A DNA stretch of 64,000 nucleotides from an uncultured delta proteobacterium. Lineage in GTDB: Bacteria > Myxococcota_A > Polyangia > Polyangiales > B10-G4. A program made the translations under genes and the position numbers. Of this stretch, positions 19,803 through 29,858 are shown one piece after another (position 1 is the stretch's first letter; every line of letters begins with the position of its first letter). The stretch is taken from contig CAVSGI010000021.1 of the NCBI GenBank assembly GCA_963727445.1, positions 512,001 to 576,000 of the forward strand. Direction: 5' to 3'. The notes beneath the pieces are model-generated. The model searched no databases, had not been told where the DNA came from, and worked only from the letters and a program-made list of their open reading frames with translations.

Positions 19803-20817
19803 TCAGAAGGTGCAGACGTCCTGCACCGTCGCCGGGTCGCCGCGGCGGGCGAGGGGCTCACAAGACTGCCCTTCGTTACACGTGCCCGCGCTCTCGCAGC
19901 GCGCGGTGCAATAGCCGCGACCGTCACCGAAGAAGTCGACGCAGAACGTCGTCGGGAAGCCTTCGTGGTCCGGACAGTAGCGATCGCAGGGCTTCGAGCA
20001 GAACATGCCTCCGTTTTGCTCGAGGCACACGCCGCCCACGAAGTCGCAGTCGCTGTCGGCGGCGCACGCGCTACCGACGAAGGTCGGCGGCGGTGCGGGA
20101 TCCACGTAGGCGACGTGCTGCGTGTAGCGCGACCAGATGTTGTAGAAGAGCCAGTTGCCGGTGCGGGCGCGGCGGCCGACCCATGGCGTGTAGACGTAGA
20201 GGGAGAGGGTAGCGCTGTTGTCAGCGACGATGCTGTAGCCGTCGAGGGTGCGGAAAGATGCGCCGAGGCGCGTGCCGGCTTGCGTCTCTTCGCCGGCCTC
20301 GCCGGACGCGTAGGCTCGCGCCAGGACGTCCCCGGCGCACTCGAGCTGACGGTCGAGGCCGCGGAAGCCGCTCATGCATCCGCTGCCGTCGTGACAGCCG
20401 CATCCGAAGGCATAGTCGACGCGGAAGCGGGAGGGTGCCGCGCTCTTCGACACGAGGCCCGCTTCTTTCTGAAGCGTCGTGAGGAGCACCAGCGGGTTGA
20501 GGCCCGTCTCGTGGGCGACGGCGACGATCGCGGCGCTCAGCGGCTGACCGTGAACGACCTCGTCCGCGAGAAAGCTGTGATTGCCGTAGGGGGTGTGCTC
20601 CAAGAAGGCCTGCACCTCGCCCGCGCTCATCGCGTCGGCGTCGGTGAAGGACTCGTTCGACAGGATCCGATTTCGATTCGAAGCTCGACCCGTCCGCCTT
20701 GCCGTCGTCGACGGGCTCGATGTCGAGGGGATCGAGGTCTGTGATCGAGGGCTCCTCGACGGGTGCCACGCACCCGGATCCCAAAGTGGCGAGGAGGAGG
20801 AGGGCGATGCGGGCCAT
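19803..20817 (-). CDS. Lipoprotein with lysozyme-like (NPxxLLxxLQKE) domain and Cys-rich C-terminus, split by a 1-bp frameshift at ~20677
   Basis: Lipobox GSGC and GKADG in ORF 20221..20853; removing one T from GATTC (20675-20679) gives SSFDRNRILSN and joins ORF 19803..20963. Confidence 0.7.
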
Positions 20818-20950
20818 GGCGGGCCTTTTCGCAAGAGTCGGACCGACCAGCACTTCGCGTTTCCACTCGGGAATTCCCCTCTGGGGTGGCCGCTCCGCGC
20901 GCCGCCAAACGGGGAGCCTCGACCCCTGCTGCGGCGACGTGATTCGCTGT

Positions 20951-20979
20951 TTGACTTACACAATGCCGAGGACTAGATT
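20951..20979 (+). promoter_or_regulatory. Sigma70-type promoter of tRNA-Pro
   Basis: TTGACT (20951-56), 17-bp spacer, TAGATT (20974-79), just upstream of the tRNA. Confidence 0.75.
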
Positions 20980-20996
20980 CCGCCTCCACTGCATTG

Positions 20997-21073
<77 letters not shown>

Positions 21074-21098
21074 TCGAGTGAGTCACTCGGGAGGGTCA

Positions 21099-21707
21099 AT
21101 GGCGAAGGGAGTCGCGCCGGTCAAAGTCCTCGTCGTCGACGACGACAAGGCCATCTGTGAGTACATGGAGACGTTCCTCACCCGGGACGGCTTCGAGGTG
21201 AAGACTCTCTCGGATCCCGAGACCGCGCCTGACGAGGTCAAGAGCGGCGGCTACCATCTCGTGGTCCTCGACCTGATGATGCCGGGGATGGACGGCGTGG
21301 AGGCGCTCAAGCGCATCCGCAAGGTCGACAGCGACGTGGCTGTGGTGATCTTCACCGGTTACCCGTCGCTCGAGACCGCCGTTCAGTCGATGAAGCTCGA
21401 CGCCGTCGACTACCTGAAGAAGCCGTTCAACCCGGAGGAGTTCCGCGAGGTGCTCGACCGGGTGATGCGCAAGAAGGGGCTGCTCCGCTCGCCGGAGGAG
21501 AACCTCCACCGCGTCATCGGCGAAACGATCCGCGGGCTGCGCAAGGATCGCGGCCTCACCCTCAAGCAGATGGCGCGGCGCACCGGCCTTTCGGTGAGCC
21601 TCCTCAGCCAGATCGAGCGCGCCGAGTCGAGCGCGTCGATCAGCTCGCTCTACAAGATCGCCACCGCGCTCGACGTGCGGATCCAGGATCTCTTCGGCGA
21701 TTACTGA
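21099..21707 (+). CDS. Response regulator with XRE-family HTH
   Basis: VVDDD...LDLMMP...KKP REC; IRGLRKDRGLTLKQMARRTGLSVSLLSQIER. Confidence 0.92.
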   Translation: MAKGVAPVKVLVVDDDKAICEYMETFLTRDGFEVKTLSDPETAPDEVKSGGYHLVVLDLMMPGMDGVEALKRIRKVDSDVAVVIFTGYPSLETAVQSMKLDAVDYLKKPFNPEEFREVLDRVMRKKGLLRSPEENLHRVIGETIRGLRKDRGLTLKQMARRTGLSVSLLSQIERAESSASISSLYKIATALDVRIQDLFGDY

Positions 21708-21729
21708 CGTCTAGGAGAAGGCGGAGCGC

Positions 21730-21820
21730 TGCCGGAGCGAAGCGGCGGCCGGAGCGCGCGAAGCGCGCGTAGGGCGACGCGTAGGGTAGGCGGCGCGGAG
21801 CCGGGAGTGCGCCCCCGGCA
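21730..21820 (+). repeat. Solo REP-like palindromic element related to the 107-bp tandem unit
   Basis: CCGGAGCGAAGCG(G)CGGCCGGA...AGGGCG...GAGCCGGGA-TG-G-CCCC matches the reverse complement of the 57.3-58.0 kb unit; lies between convergent genes. Confidence 0.6.
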
Positions 21821-21825
21821 CCCGT

Positions 21826-23535
21826 TCAGTAGCCGAGCTCTGCATCGATGGCGTCGGCCAGCATGCTCGGTCGCTCGGCGTGCAAGGCGTGGCCCGTGTC
21901 CTCGAAGAAGAGCGTGCGGCCGGGCATCTCGAGGAAGGGCGCGAGTCGCTCGACGAAGGTGCGGGTCGGCATCGGGGCTGAATCGTCGCGCTCGCCGGTG
22001 ATGAGCAGGAGCGGCACCTCGATGTGGCGGAAGCGGAGCTCGCCGGCCTCGTCGGGCTCGATGTGGCTGAAGACGAGCTGCTCGTAGGCGAGCCGATAGT
22101 GGAAACGGCGCAGGCGCGAGTCGTAGACCTCGCCCAGCTTGGCGAGGCCTTCCGCGACGAGGCGCGGTCCGCATGGCTCCCATCCGTCGCGATACCAGTA
22201 GTTCGATTGCTTGCGGACGCTCATCAGGCCGCCGACGAAGTAGCGCTCGCGCGCGCCCGCATCCTCGGCGTCGGTGCTCTCCTCGTGCGTACGGCGGACA
22301 GCCTCGTGCTTGATCACGTCCATGAAGCTCTCGTCGTCGCCGCCGATGAGCTTGGCGCGGCTCCAGGAATAGTCGATGGAGACCGGGGACCAGGCGATGG
22401 CGCGGCGCACCCAGGGGCGCGCCTCGGCCTCTTCGGCGAGCCGCAGCGCCATGTTGCCCCCGAGGCTCCCCCCGATCACCGCGGTGATGCGTGCGCGTAG
22501 GCCGGGCGTCTCGAGCTCGAGGGCGTCCACCACCGCCTCGACGAAGGCATCGAGGAAGCGAAGCAGGACGTCCTGCCCCCCCGACGGGTCGGCGCGCAGG
22601 AGGATCGCCTCCGGATCGAGGCGCTCGGTGTAGCCGCTGCCAGGCAGGTCGAAGGCGACCAGGGTGAGCTCCTCTCCGCGCTCCCTTTGGCGGCGCAAGA
22701 GCTCCGCGGCGACACCGTCGCTCTCCTCGGCCGAAGAGCTGTGACCGTGGACGAAGATCAGCACGTCTCCCGTCGCGGGGACGCGGACCGCGTTTTCGTC
22801 GGGGAGGGTGCCGACGAGGGTCTCGGGAACGGACGCCTCGGCGGGCAGGGCGGTGGACGCGATCGTGATGCGGGCCGTGAGCTGGCGCGTGGTGTCGTCT
22901 TCGAGCGGGATCTCCACCGCGAGATCGCGCTGGTGCGCAGGTGTGCTCGCGACGTCCACGGGCCGCCGGGGCAGATCGTCCTCGGAGGAGACCGCGATCC
23001 AGCCGAGGCCGGGGCGCGACGATGCGCGATGCGCCGGCGGGCCGTGAAGCGCCCACGCCACGCGATAGGCGCGCCGAAGCGCCCGGTCGATGCCCTGGGC
23101 TGGGGCCATTTCGGCGAGCGTCGTCGCCGTGGGTGGATCGGCTGCGAAGCGGCCGTAGGCGCGGCCGCCGGTCACGGCGAGGTCGGCGAGGGCACGCGCC
23201 GTGGCTTCATCCGCCGGAGCTCCGCTCTCGTCGAAGGCGGCGAAGGCCTCGGCCGAGGCCGCGAGCGCGGCGTGGGGATCGGCGAGCGCAGCGACGCGCC
23301 GGAGATCGGGGCGCAGGCGGAAGCAGTAGGTCTCCCGCCCGGGATCGCAGCCGACCCCCTCGGTATCCAAGAGGGAGGTCGGCACCGTCAGCTCCGGCGC
23401 GAGGGCTGCGCAGCGGGTCTCGTCGGCGCTCGGCGCGACGCGGCGCTCTTCGCGATGATTGTCGGCCGGCGGATCGCCCAGAGCCGAGTAGTTGCAGCCG
23501 AAGAAGCACAGGAAGAGAAAGGCGATTGGACGCAT
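21826..23535 (-). CDS. Alpha/beta hydrolase lipoprotein
   Basis: Lipobox FFGC; VHGH, FDLPGSG, GGSLGG nucleophile elbow, GERDD, TGHALH. Confidence 0.85.
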   Translation of the reverse strand: MRPIAFLFLCFFGCNYSALGDPPADNHREERRVAPSADETRCAALAPELTVPTSLLDTEGVGCDPGRETYCFRLRPDLRRVAALADPHAALAASAEAFAAFDESGAPADEATARALADLAVTGGRAYGRFAADPPTATTLAEMAPAQGIDRALRRAYRVAWALHGPPAHRASSRPGLGWIAVSSEDDLPRRPVDVASTPAHQRDLAVEIPLEDDTTRQLTARITIASTALPAEASVPETLVGTLPDENAVRVPATGDVLIFVHGHSSSAEESDGVAAELLRRQRERGEELTLVAFDLPGSGYTERLDPEAILLRADPSGGQDVLLRFLDAFVEAVVDALELETPGLRARITAVIGGSLGGNMALRLAEEAEARPWVRRAIAWSPVSIDYSWSRAKLIGGDDESFMDVIKHEAVRRTHEESTDAEDAGARERYFVGGLMSVRKQSNYWYRDGWEPCGPRLVAEGLAKLGEVYDSRLRRFHYRLAYEQLVFSHIEPDEAGELRFRHIEVPLLLITGERDDSAPMPTRTFVERLAPFLEMPGRTLFFEDTGHALHAERPSMLADAIDAELGY

Positions 23536-23597
23536 GAGGGCCTGGGTGCGTGGCTCTTTCGAAGATGGGACGAAGAATTTCGCCCGGGCTCTCGCCG

Positions 23598-25118
23598 TCA
23601 GCGCGAAAGGGCGTCGAGGCGGGCGCGGGTCGTCTCGTCGATGGCCAGCGGGGCCAGGTCGCGGGCGAGGTCGCGCGCGTCGTCTCCGTGGCCGGCGTCG
23701 CGGAGGAGCTCGCCCAGGCGGGCGGCCGCGGCGAGATCGTCCGGGGCGATGCGATGCAGCGTGCGGAGGGTCTCGATGGCGGCTTCGCGCTCGCCGTGGT
23801 CGATCAGGCGTTCGGCGCGCGCGCGGAGCCGCGTGGGGCGATCGAGCGCGGGATCGTCGGGCGGAACCTGGCGCCACGCTTCGATCGCCGCGTCGACGGG
23901 GCCGATCTGTTCGGTCAGGCGCGCCCGCATCGCCCGAGTGACACCGTCGTCGCCGTCGCCCACGGCCCGCATCGCGCCGCGCGCGTCCCCACGATGGAAA
24001 CGGATCGTCGCGAGCGCTTCGCGCACGCGCGGGTCGCGGCGGTCCGAGAGCGCGAGCACCTCTGCGGCGGCACCCGCGAGGCCCTGGGCTGCGAGCGCCT
24101 CCGCGAGACCGAGACGCGCCTCGGTGGCGCTGGTCGACGATGCCGGGACGCGGGAGAGGAGCCGCGCTGCGCCGCTCAGGTCGCCGAGGCTCAGTCGGGC
24201 CTGTCCGCCGACCAGGAGCGCTTCGGGGTCGTCCGTCTCGGCAGCGACCACGTCCGCGAGCTCCCGCGCCTCCATGGCGCGTCCGACCGCCAGAAGAAAG
24301 CGGGCCCGGCCGAGCGGTCCATCGAGCTCGTCGTCCCGCAGCGTCGCGAGGAGCGCCTCGGCATCCGCCTTTCGGTGAGCGGCCAACAGCGCGCGAAGGC
24401 GCAGCCTCGGGGGCGCGTTCGGCGTGGCGTCGAGGAGACGCGCGGCGAGGATCGGATGGCCGGTCTCGAGCGCAGTGGTGGCCACGGCGATCACCTCGTC
24501 GCTTCGCGCTGGCGCCAAGAGAAGAAGCGCACGTACCGCTTCGAGCGCACGCGCGGCATCACGTCGCGCCACGCTCAGCGCGAGCTGTGCACGCAGGGCG
24601 CCCACGGTGCCGCCGCTCCGGTGGATGTAGCGCGCGAGGACCGCGTCGGCGCGGCCGCTCTTCGCCTCGGAGCGCAAGAGCCGGGCAAGGGCTAGAGGAC
24701 CCGTCTCGGAGCGCGGCGCCCGCACCTCGGCGGCCTCGTAGGCGGCGATCGCGGCTTCGCTGTCGTCCCGCCGCTCGGCGATGCGCCCGCGCGCGAGCCA
24801 GACCGACTCCGCGTCGGGGAAGCGCCGCTCGGCGTCCTCGAGGAGGCGGTCGGCGTCCTCGCTGCGGCCCAGCTCCTCGAGCACCTCGGCCAGGAGCGAC
24901 ATCACCAGCGGGTCTTCGTCGGGGCCGGCGCGCGCCATCGAGAGCTCCTGCGCTGCCGTCTCGAGGTCGCCCTGGTCCCGCGCGAGCTCCGCGCGGATGA
25001 AGTGCTCGTAGCTATAAGGCGAGACGAAGGTGCCGACGACGCGCTCGCCGTCCATGTGTCGCGCCACCGGGTAGGAAGCGGCGCCGCCGCAGGCGCCGAG
25101 GGCGACGGCGAGGGCCAT
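23598..25118 (-). CDS. TPR-repeat lipoprotein
   Basis: Lipobox LGAC followed by Ala/Leu/Arg-rich TPR-like helices; start approximate. Confidence 0.75.
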   Translation of the reverse strand: MALAVALGACGGAASYPVARHMDGERVVGTFVSPYSYEHFIRAELARDQGDLETAAQELSMARAGPDEDPLVMSLLAEVLEELGRSEDADRLLEDAERRFPDAESVWLARGRIAERRDDSEAAIAAYEAAEVRAPRSETGPLALARLLRSEAKSGRADAVLARYIHRSGGTVGALRAQLALSVARRDAARALEAVRALLLLAPARSDEVIAVATTALETGHPILAARLLDATPNAPPRLRLRALLAAHRKADAEALLATLRDDELDGPLGRARFLLAVGRAMEARELADVVAAETDDPEALLVGGQARLSLGDLSGAARLLSRVPASSTSATEARLGLAEALAAQGLAGAAAEVLALSDRRDPRVREALATIRFHRGDARGAMRAVGDGDDGVTRAMRARLTEQIGPVDAAIEAWRQVPPDDPALDRPTRLRARAERLIDHGEREAAIETLRTLHRIAPDDLAAAARLGELLRDAGHGDDARDLARDLAPLAIDETTRARLDALSR

Positions 25119-25147
25119 GCCGAGGGCGGCGTTTGCGGCGGCGCTCT

Positions 25148-25729
25148 TCAGCCCCCGTCTCCCATGCCTGCGTCGGGGGTTCCGCTGTCGGCGGTGGGAA
25201 TCGGATCGTTGTTCGTGCACTGGCGCGCGTACGTCGGGCAATCGCACATCACGCGGAAGACCGCCTGCCCGCCGTCGACCAGGGGCCAGTCGAGGAAGCG
25301 CTGGGCGCTGCCGATGTACTCGGAGCCGCGGATGAAGGAGACGTCGGTGAGCGGGTCCTCGACGCTGTCTTGCAGCGTGGTGTCGTCCAGCAGCACCGGC
25401 ACGTCGACGAAGAAGGCGTTCATCAGGTCGCCGGGCCGGGCGTGGGCGTCGATGTAGGCCTGCTCGACGTTGATGGCGAACTCTCCAGCACCCGTCACGC
25501 GGCTCGCGACGGTGCCACCGAAGTCGCTCATGTCCATCTGGGCGGCGAAGCTCGTGCCGGCAGGCTGTGGACGCATCACGATCTCGATGCGGTCGACCGC
25601 GGTCTGAACGATGTCCTGAGAGTTGATCTGGAGAACGAAGGGGGGACGGGCCTCACCACCGCAGGCGGCGAGGAGGCAAGAGAGGAGGCAGAAGCCAGCG
25701 AGCGCGAGCGATGTCTTCATGGGTCGCAT
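25148..25729 (-). CDS. Hypothetical lipoprotein
   Basis: Lipobox LAAC; tightly packed between the PEGA and TPR genes. Confidence 0.7.
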   Translation of the reverse strand: MRPMKTSLALAGFCLLSCLLAACGGEARPPFVLQINSQDIVQTAVDRIEIVMRPQPAGTSFAAQMDMSDFGGTVASRVTGAGEFAINVEQAYIDAHARPGDLMNAFFVDVPVLLDDTTLQDSVEDPLTDVSFIRGSEYIGSAQRFLDWPLVDGGQAVFRVMCDCPTYARQCTNNDPIPTADSGTPDAGMGDGG

Positions 25730-25734
25730 CTTCG

Positions 25735-26790
25735 TCAGGGAACGATGGGGGGGACGCTGATGGCTTCTTCCTGGCCGGGCCCAGCGGAGGCCACGGCGGC
25801 GATCACCCCGATCAATACGCCGAGGACCACCGCGCCGCCACCGACGGCGGCCCAGAACCACCACTCGGACAGGAGCGAGCCGCCTCCGCTGGTGTCGCCG
25901 CCCGCCTCGCCGCCGCCGAAGCCCGCCGAGAGGTCGGCGCTGTCCCCGGCCGCCGTCTCCGGTGTCGGCTCGAGGTCGAAGTTGAGGCGCGCCGCCTGAC
26001 CGGCGGTGACCTCGATGCGCTGACTCTGGGCGAGATAGCCGGGGCGGGTGACCATCACCGTGTGCTCACCGGGCGCGATGTTGCCGGGCGCGATGGGCGT
26101 CGTCCCCACCTCCTGGTCGTCCACGCGCACCGTCGCCTCGTCGACGTTCGACGCCACGAGCAGCGTGGTGTGGCGCGGCGCCGGCGGCATGAGCGACGAG
26201 AGCGCGTCCGTGAGCGGCGCCAGGAGCTCCTGCGGGGCCTCGAGCTGCTCGCGCGGGATCTCCACCGACACGGGCTCGCCGTGGCTCGCGCCACTGACGG
26301 GGTCGACCACGCCGATCATCACCTTCAGCGGATCGCGCGGGCGCGCGCGCTCCATGCGCAGGAGCACACCGCTGATCGCGCCTTCTGCAGCGACGATGGC
26401 GCCGATGCACGGCGCGTCGGCACAGGCCGTGGCCGCAGCGACCTTCTCTTCGTCCGTGAGCACCACCACCTCGCGCCGATGCACGTGGGGCCGCAGCTGT
26501 TCCGCGACGGTGTCGCGCACCAGGGCGCTGACCTCCGCGGGAACGCGACCGATGGTGATCGGAAGGAGGGCGACCGGGGGCGGGGGCGTGGGGCCGCTGG
26601 GCTCGGCAGGTGCGGCTTCCGCCTCACCCTCGGCGGGCGCCTCCTCCGCATCGGGGGCAGCTTCCCCCGTCTGTTCACCCTCTGCCGTCGTGGCGCCTGT
26701 CTCTGCCTCTTGCGCCGCTGCTCGGTGGGGCGCGGCGAGCAGGGCCAGCGCGAAGAGCGAGGCGAGCCAGAAATGCCTTGGGGCTCTCAT
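25735..26790 (-). CDS. PEGA domain protein
   Basis: Signal peptide, CxxxxC domain, VASNVDEATVRVDDQEVGTTP...PGEHTV..RPGY, C-terminal WWFW-TM. Confidence 0.88.
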   Translation of the reverse strand: MRAPRHFWLASLFALALLAAPHRAAAQEAETGATTAEGEQTGEAAPDAEEAPAEGEAEAAPAEPSGPTPPPPVALLPITIGRVPAEVSALVRDTVAEQLRPHVHRREVVVLTDEEKVAAATACADAPCIGAIVAAEGAISGVLLRMERARPRDPLKVMIGVVDPVSGASHGEPVSVEIPREQLEAPQELLAPLTDALSSLMPPAPRHTTLLVASNVDEATVRVDDQEVGTTPIAPGNIAPGEHTVMVTRPGYLAQSQRIEVTAGQAARLNFDLEPTPETAAGDSADLSAGFGGGEAGGDTSGGGSLLSEWWFWAAVGGGAVVLGVLIGVIAAVASAGPGQEEAISVPPIVP

Positions 26791-26945
26791 GGCGGCGGAG
26801 GATAGCCGCGGGGAGGGCCTCGGAAAAGGCGGATAGGACTGAATTTGTCGCCTATTGAGCGCGCTGCCCCCATTCGTTACATTGGCGGCCCCGCGCCGAG
26901 GGCGGCCGCGGATTTCCCAAGGATCCCGAGCGGAGGGAACCCCGA

Positions 26946-27497
26946 ATGAGTGAGTCGAACGAAAAGTACCTCGACACCTTTCCGAACTGGCTGAGGAGCC
27001 TCGGTGCAGATGCGGAAGAGATGGGCGAGCTGCTCAACGTCAAAGGCATGCCAAAGGATTCTCTCGAGGCGATCACCGGCGGGCTGAACTACCTGTTCAA
27101 GTCCCTCGATCTGATCCCCGACGGCATCGACGACATCGGTTATCTCGACGACGCGTTCGTGCTTCGCGTCTCGGCCGATCTCGCGGTGAAGGAGCCCTTG
27201 GACGACGTGGACAAGACGCACAAGGACACGCTCGAGAGGCTCTCGGCGGACACCAAGCTCCTGCGCGAGTTCCTCGAGGACGACTACAACCGTCTCGAGG
27301 CCTACGTGAAGGGGCTGCGCAACGGTGCGGCGCGCGGCCGCTCGGTCGACGACATCATCAAGGACGAGTCGATCCGCCGGGACTTCCTCGGAGACGTCCA
27401 GGGTTTCGCCAAGAGCTACAGCTCGCCCTCCTTCGGCCGTGAGGAAAAGAACCTCATCAAGCTGCGCGCCTTCTTCGACGCGAAGCTGCCCAAGTAG
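26946..27497 (+). CDS. YkvA/DUF1232 family protein
   Basis: YLFKSLDLIPDGIDDIGYLDDAFVL. Confidence 0.85.
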   Translation: MSESNEKYLDTFPNWLRSLGADAEEMGELLNVKGMPKDSLEAITGGLNYLFKSLDLIPDGIDDIGYLDDAFVLRVSADLAVKEPLDDVDKTHKDTLERLSADTKLLREFLEDDYNRLEAYVKGLRNGAARGRSVDDIIKDESIRRDFLGDVQGFAKSYSSPSFGREEKNLIKLRAFFDAKLPK

Positions 27498-27589
27498 TTC
27501 GACAACGAGACGAGAGATCGCGGCCCGCCGGCCGCGACGATTGACGAGGGGGTCGGTCTGACCCCATCGAGACGAGGGGATCCGTAGAG

Positions 27590-29794
27590 ATGAGCCCGAT
27601 AGCCATGACCCTGCTCCTGGTCGCGACCCTCAGCGCCTTCGCGTGGGCCGCGGCGCGGCGGTGGCGACAGCTGATGGTCGGCGCCCCGGACCCCGATTTT
27701 TCGCTGACGCCGCAGCAGATCGAAAAGCGCGTGCGCGACACCTTCGTCTACGCCTTCGGTCAGCGGAAGATGCCGTACTACCGCAACGCCGGTCTCGCCC
27801 ACATCGTGATCTTCGGCGCGTTCATGATCCTGCTGATCAACAGCATTCAGCTGGCGGTGCGCGGGTACGACGCGAGCTTCGATTTCTGGGGAATCCTCTC
27901 CGAAAACGCGCCACTGGGGATGGCCTACATGGCGGCCAAGGAGCTCCTGGTCGTCCTCTGCATCGCCGGCTGCGTCGCGTTCATGTACTACCGCATCGCC
28001 AAGCACGGCGTCTCGGACGCGCAGGCGGGGCAGACCAGCCGCATGACCCTCGGGACCGAGGGCCTGGTGATCCTCGGGATCATCTTCACGATGATGTGGG
28101 GCGACCTCCTCTACTACGCCGCCCAGGGCATCCTCGACGCGCGGATGGCGGGGCACGGCCCGCACCTGACCGCCGGTTGGGCGTCGTCGATCCTGGGCAT
28201 GGCGCTGTCGGGCACGAGCGACGGGACCCTCGGCGTGCTCGCGCACATCGGCTTCTGGGTGCACATCGGGCTCGTCCTGATCTTCCTCAACATCCTGCCC
28301 TTCTCGAAGCACTTCCACATCATCACCGCCATCCCCAACGTCTTCGCCAAGCCTCAGGTGCCCGCGGGGCGCCTCCCGAAGGTGGAGGACATCGAGGGGC
28401 GCATGGAGCGCGAGGAGTCGGTCGGGATCAACAAGCTCGAAGACCTGACCTGGAATCACATCCTCGATCTGTACACATGCACCGAGTGCGGGCGCTGCAG
28501 CGACAACTGCCCGGCGTACAACACCGACAAGAAGCTCTCTCCGAAGCATCTGACCCTGGCGCTCCGCAACCACCTCTACGACACCGAGGGGCCGATGTTC
28601 GGCGCGGCCGAGGGGATCGACCGGCACTACCCGAACTACGGGCCCACCGAGGACGGCGAAAAGGAGCCGCTCCACACCTTCCCGCATGCGCCCGAGGACG
28701 GGTACTTCCAGAACAGCGACCCGACGGTCGATCTCGTCCCCAACATCGTCGACCCGGACGTCCTGTGGGCCTGCACCACCTGTCGCGCCTGCGAAGAGCA
28801 ATGCCCGGTGCAGATCAGCTACGTCGACAAGATCGTCGGGATGCGCCGCGAGCTGGTGATGAACAAGGGCGAGATGCCGCCCGAGCTCCAGCGGCCCTTC
28901 ATGGGCATGGAGATGAACGGCAACCCCTGGAACAGCTCGCGGGCTGACCGCGCGGACTGGACCGACAAGCTGCGCGACCAGTACGGGGTTCGGGTGCCGC
29001 TCCTGAGCGACAAGCCGGACGCCCAGGTCCTGTACTGGGTCGGTTGCGCGGCGAGCTATGACAACCGCGCCCAGAAGACGGCGATCGCGGTGGCGCGGCT
29101 CCTCGATCACGCGGGCGTCGACTTCGCGATCCTCGGCACCGAGGAGTCCTGCACGGGTGACCCGGCGCGGCGCGCGGGCAACGAGTACCTCTTCCAGGTG
29201 CTCGCCGAGGCGAACGTCGAGACGCTCAACGGCTACGGCGTCGACAAGAAGACGATCGTCACGGCGTGTCCTCATTGCTTCAACACGCTCTTGAACGAGT
29301 ACCCCGACTTCGGCGGCAAGTACGACGTCGTCCACCACTCGGCGTTCCTGAACGGGCTCATCGCGCGCCGGCTCCTGGTGCCGATGCACAGCGTGAAGGC
29401 CGAGGTCGTCTACCACGACAGCTGCTACCTGGGCCGCTACAACGACGTCTACGACCAGCCGCGTGCGGTCCTCGAGTCCATCCCGGGGCTGCACCTCAAG
29501 GAAGTGCCTTACTGGAACAAGAGCCGCGGCCTTTGCTGCGGCGCCGGCGGTGCGAAGTTCTGGTTCGAAGAGGAGAAGGACAAGCGCGTCAACATCAAGC
29601 GGACCTTGCAGCTCCTCGACACCGGCGCCACCACCGTGGCGAGCGGCTGCCCCTTCTGCATGACCATGCTCACCGATGGGCTGAAGGACCAGGAGAAGGA
29701 CGAAGAGGTCGAGCAGCTCGACATCGCCGAGGTGCTGATGCGCTCGGTGGACTTCGGCCAGAGCGAGGGCGCGGCGGAAGAGGCCGCGGAGTGA
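27590..29794 (+). CDS. Membrane-bound Fe-S oxidoreductase (FadF/HdrD-like: NarI-type TM domain, 2x 4Fe-4S, 2x CCG)
   Basis: PFSKHFH, CTECGRCSDNCP, CTTCRACEEQCP, TACPHC, YHDSCYLGR, CCGAGG, CPFC. Confidence 0.92.
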   Translation: MSPIAMTLLLVATLSAFAWAAARRWRQLMVGAPDPDFSLTPQQIEKRVRDTFVYAFGQRKMPYYRNAGLAHIVIFGAFMILLINSIQLAVRGYDASFDFWGILSENAPLGMAYMAAKELLVVLCIAGCVAFMYYRIAKHGVSDAQAGQTSRMTLGTEGLVILGIIFTMMWGDLLYYAAQGILDARMAGHGPHLTAGWASSILGMALSGTSDGTLGVLAHIGFWVHIGLVLIFLNILPFSKHFHIITAIPNVFAKPQVPAGRLPKVEDIEGRMEREESVGINKLEDLTWNHILDLYTCTECGRCSDNCPAYNTDKKLSPKHLTLALRNHLYDTEGPMFGAAEGIDRHYPNYGPTEDGEKEPLHTFPHAPEDGYFQNSDPTVDLVPNIVDPDVLWACTTCRACEEQCPVQISYVDKIVGMRRELVMNKGEMPPELQRPFMGMEMNGNPWNSSRADRADWTDKLRDQYGVRVPLLSDKPDAQVLYWVGCAASYDNRAQKTAIAVARLLDHAGVDFAILGTEESCTGDPARRAGNEYLFQVLAEANVETLNGYGVDKKTIVTACPHCFNTLLNEYPDFGGKYDVVHHSAFLNGLIARRLLVPMHSVKAEVVYHDSCYLGRYNDVYDQPRAVLESIPGLHLKEVPYWNKSRGLCCGAGGAKFWFEEEKDKRVNIKRTLQLLDTGATTVASGCPFCMTMLTDGLKDQEKDEEVEQLDIAEVLMRSVDFGQSEGAAEEAAE

Positions 29795-29796
29795 CG

Positions 29797-29840
29797 AAAA
29801 AGGCGAGACGGCACGCGTCGCGTGCGCGTCTCGCCGTCTC
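29797..29840. terminator. Hairpin between convergent genes, U-tract on the minus strand
   Basis: AAAAA-GGCGAGACG...CGTCTCGCC. Confidence 0.6.
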
Positions 29841-29858
29841 TTCGGCAGCGTTCGTTCG

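Noticed and set aside
26855..26883. Sigma70 promoter TTGAGC-17bp-TACATT upstream of the DUF1232 gene
   Set aside because: Plausible, but the match is too weak to list without TSS data.
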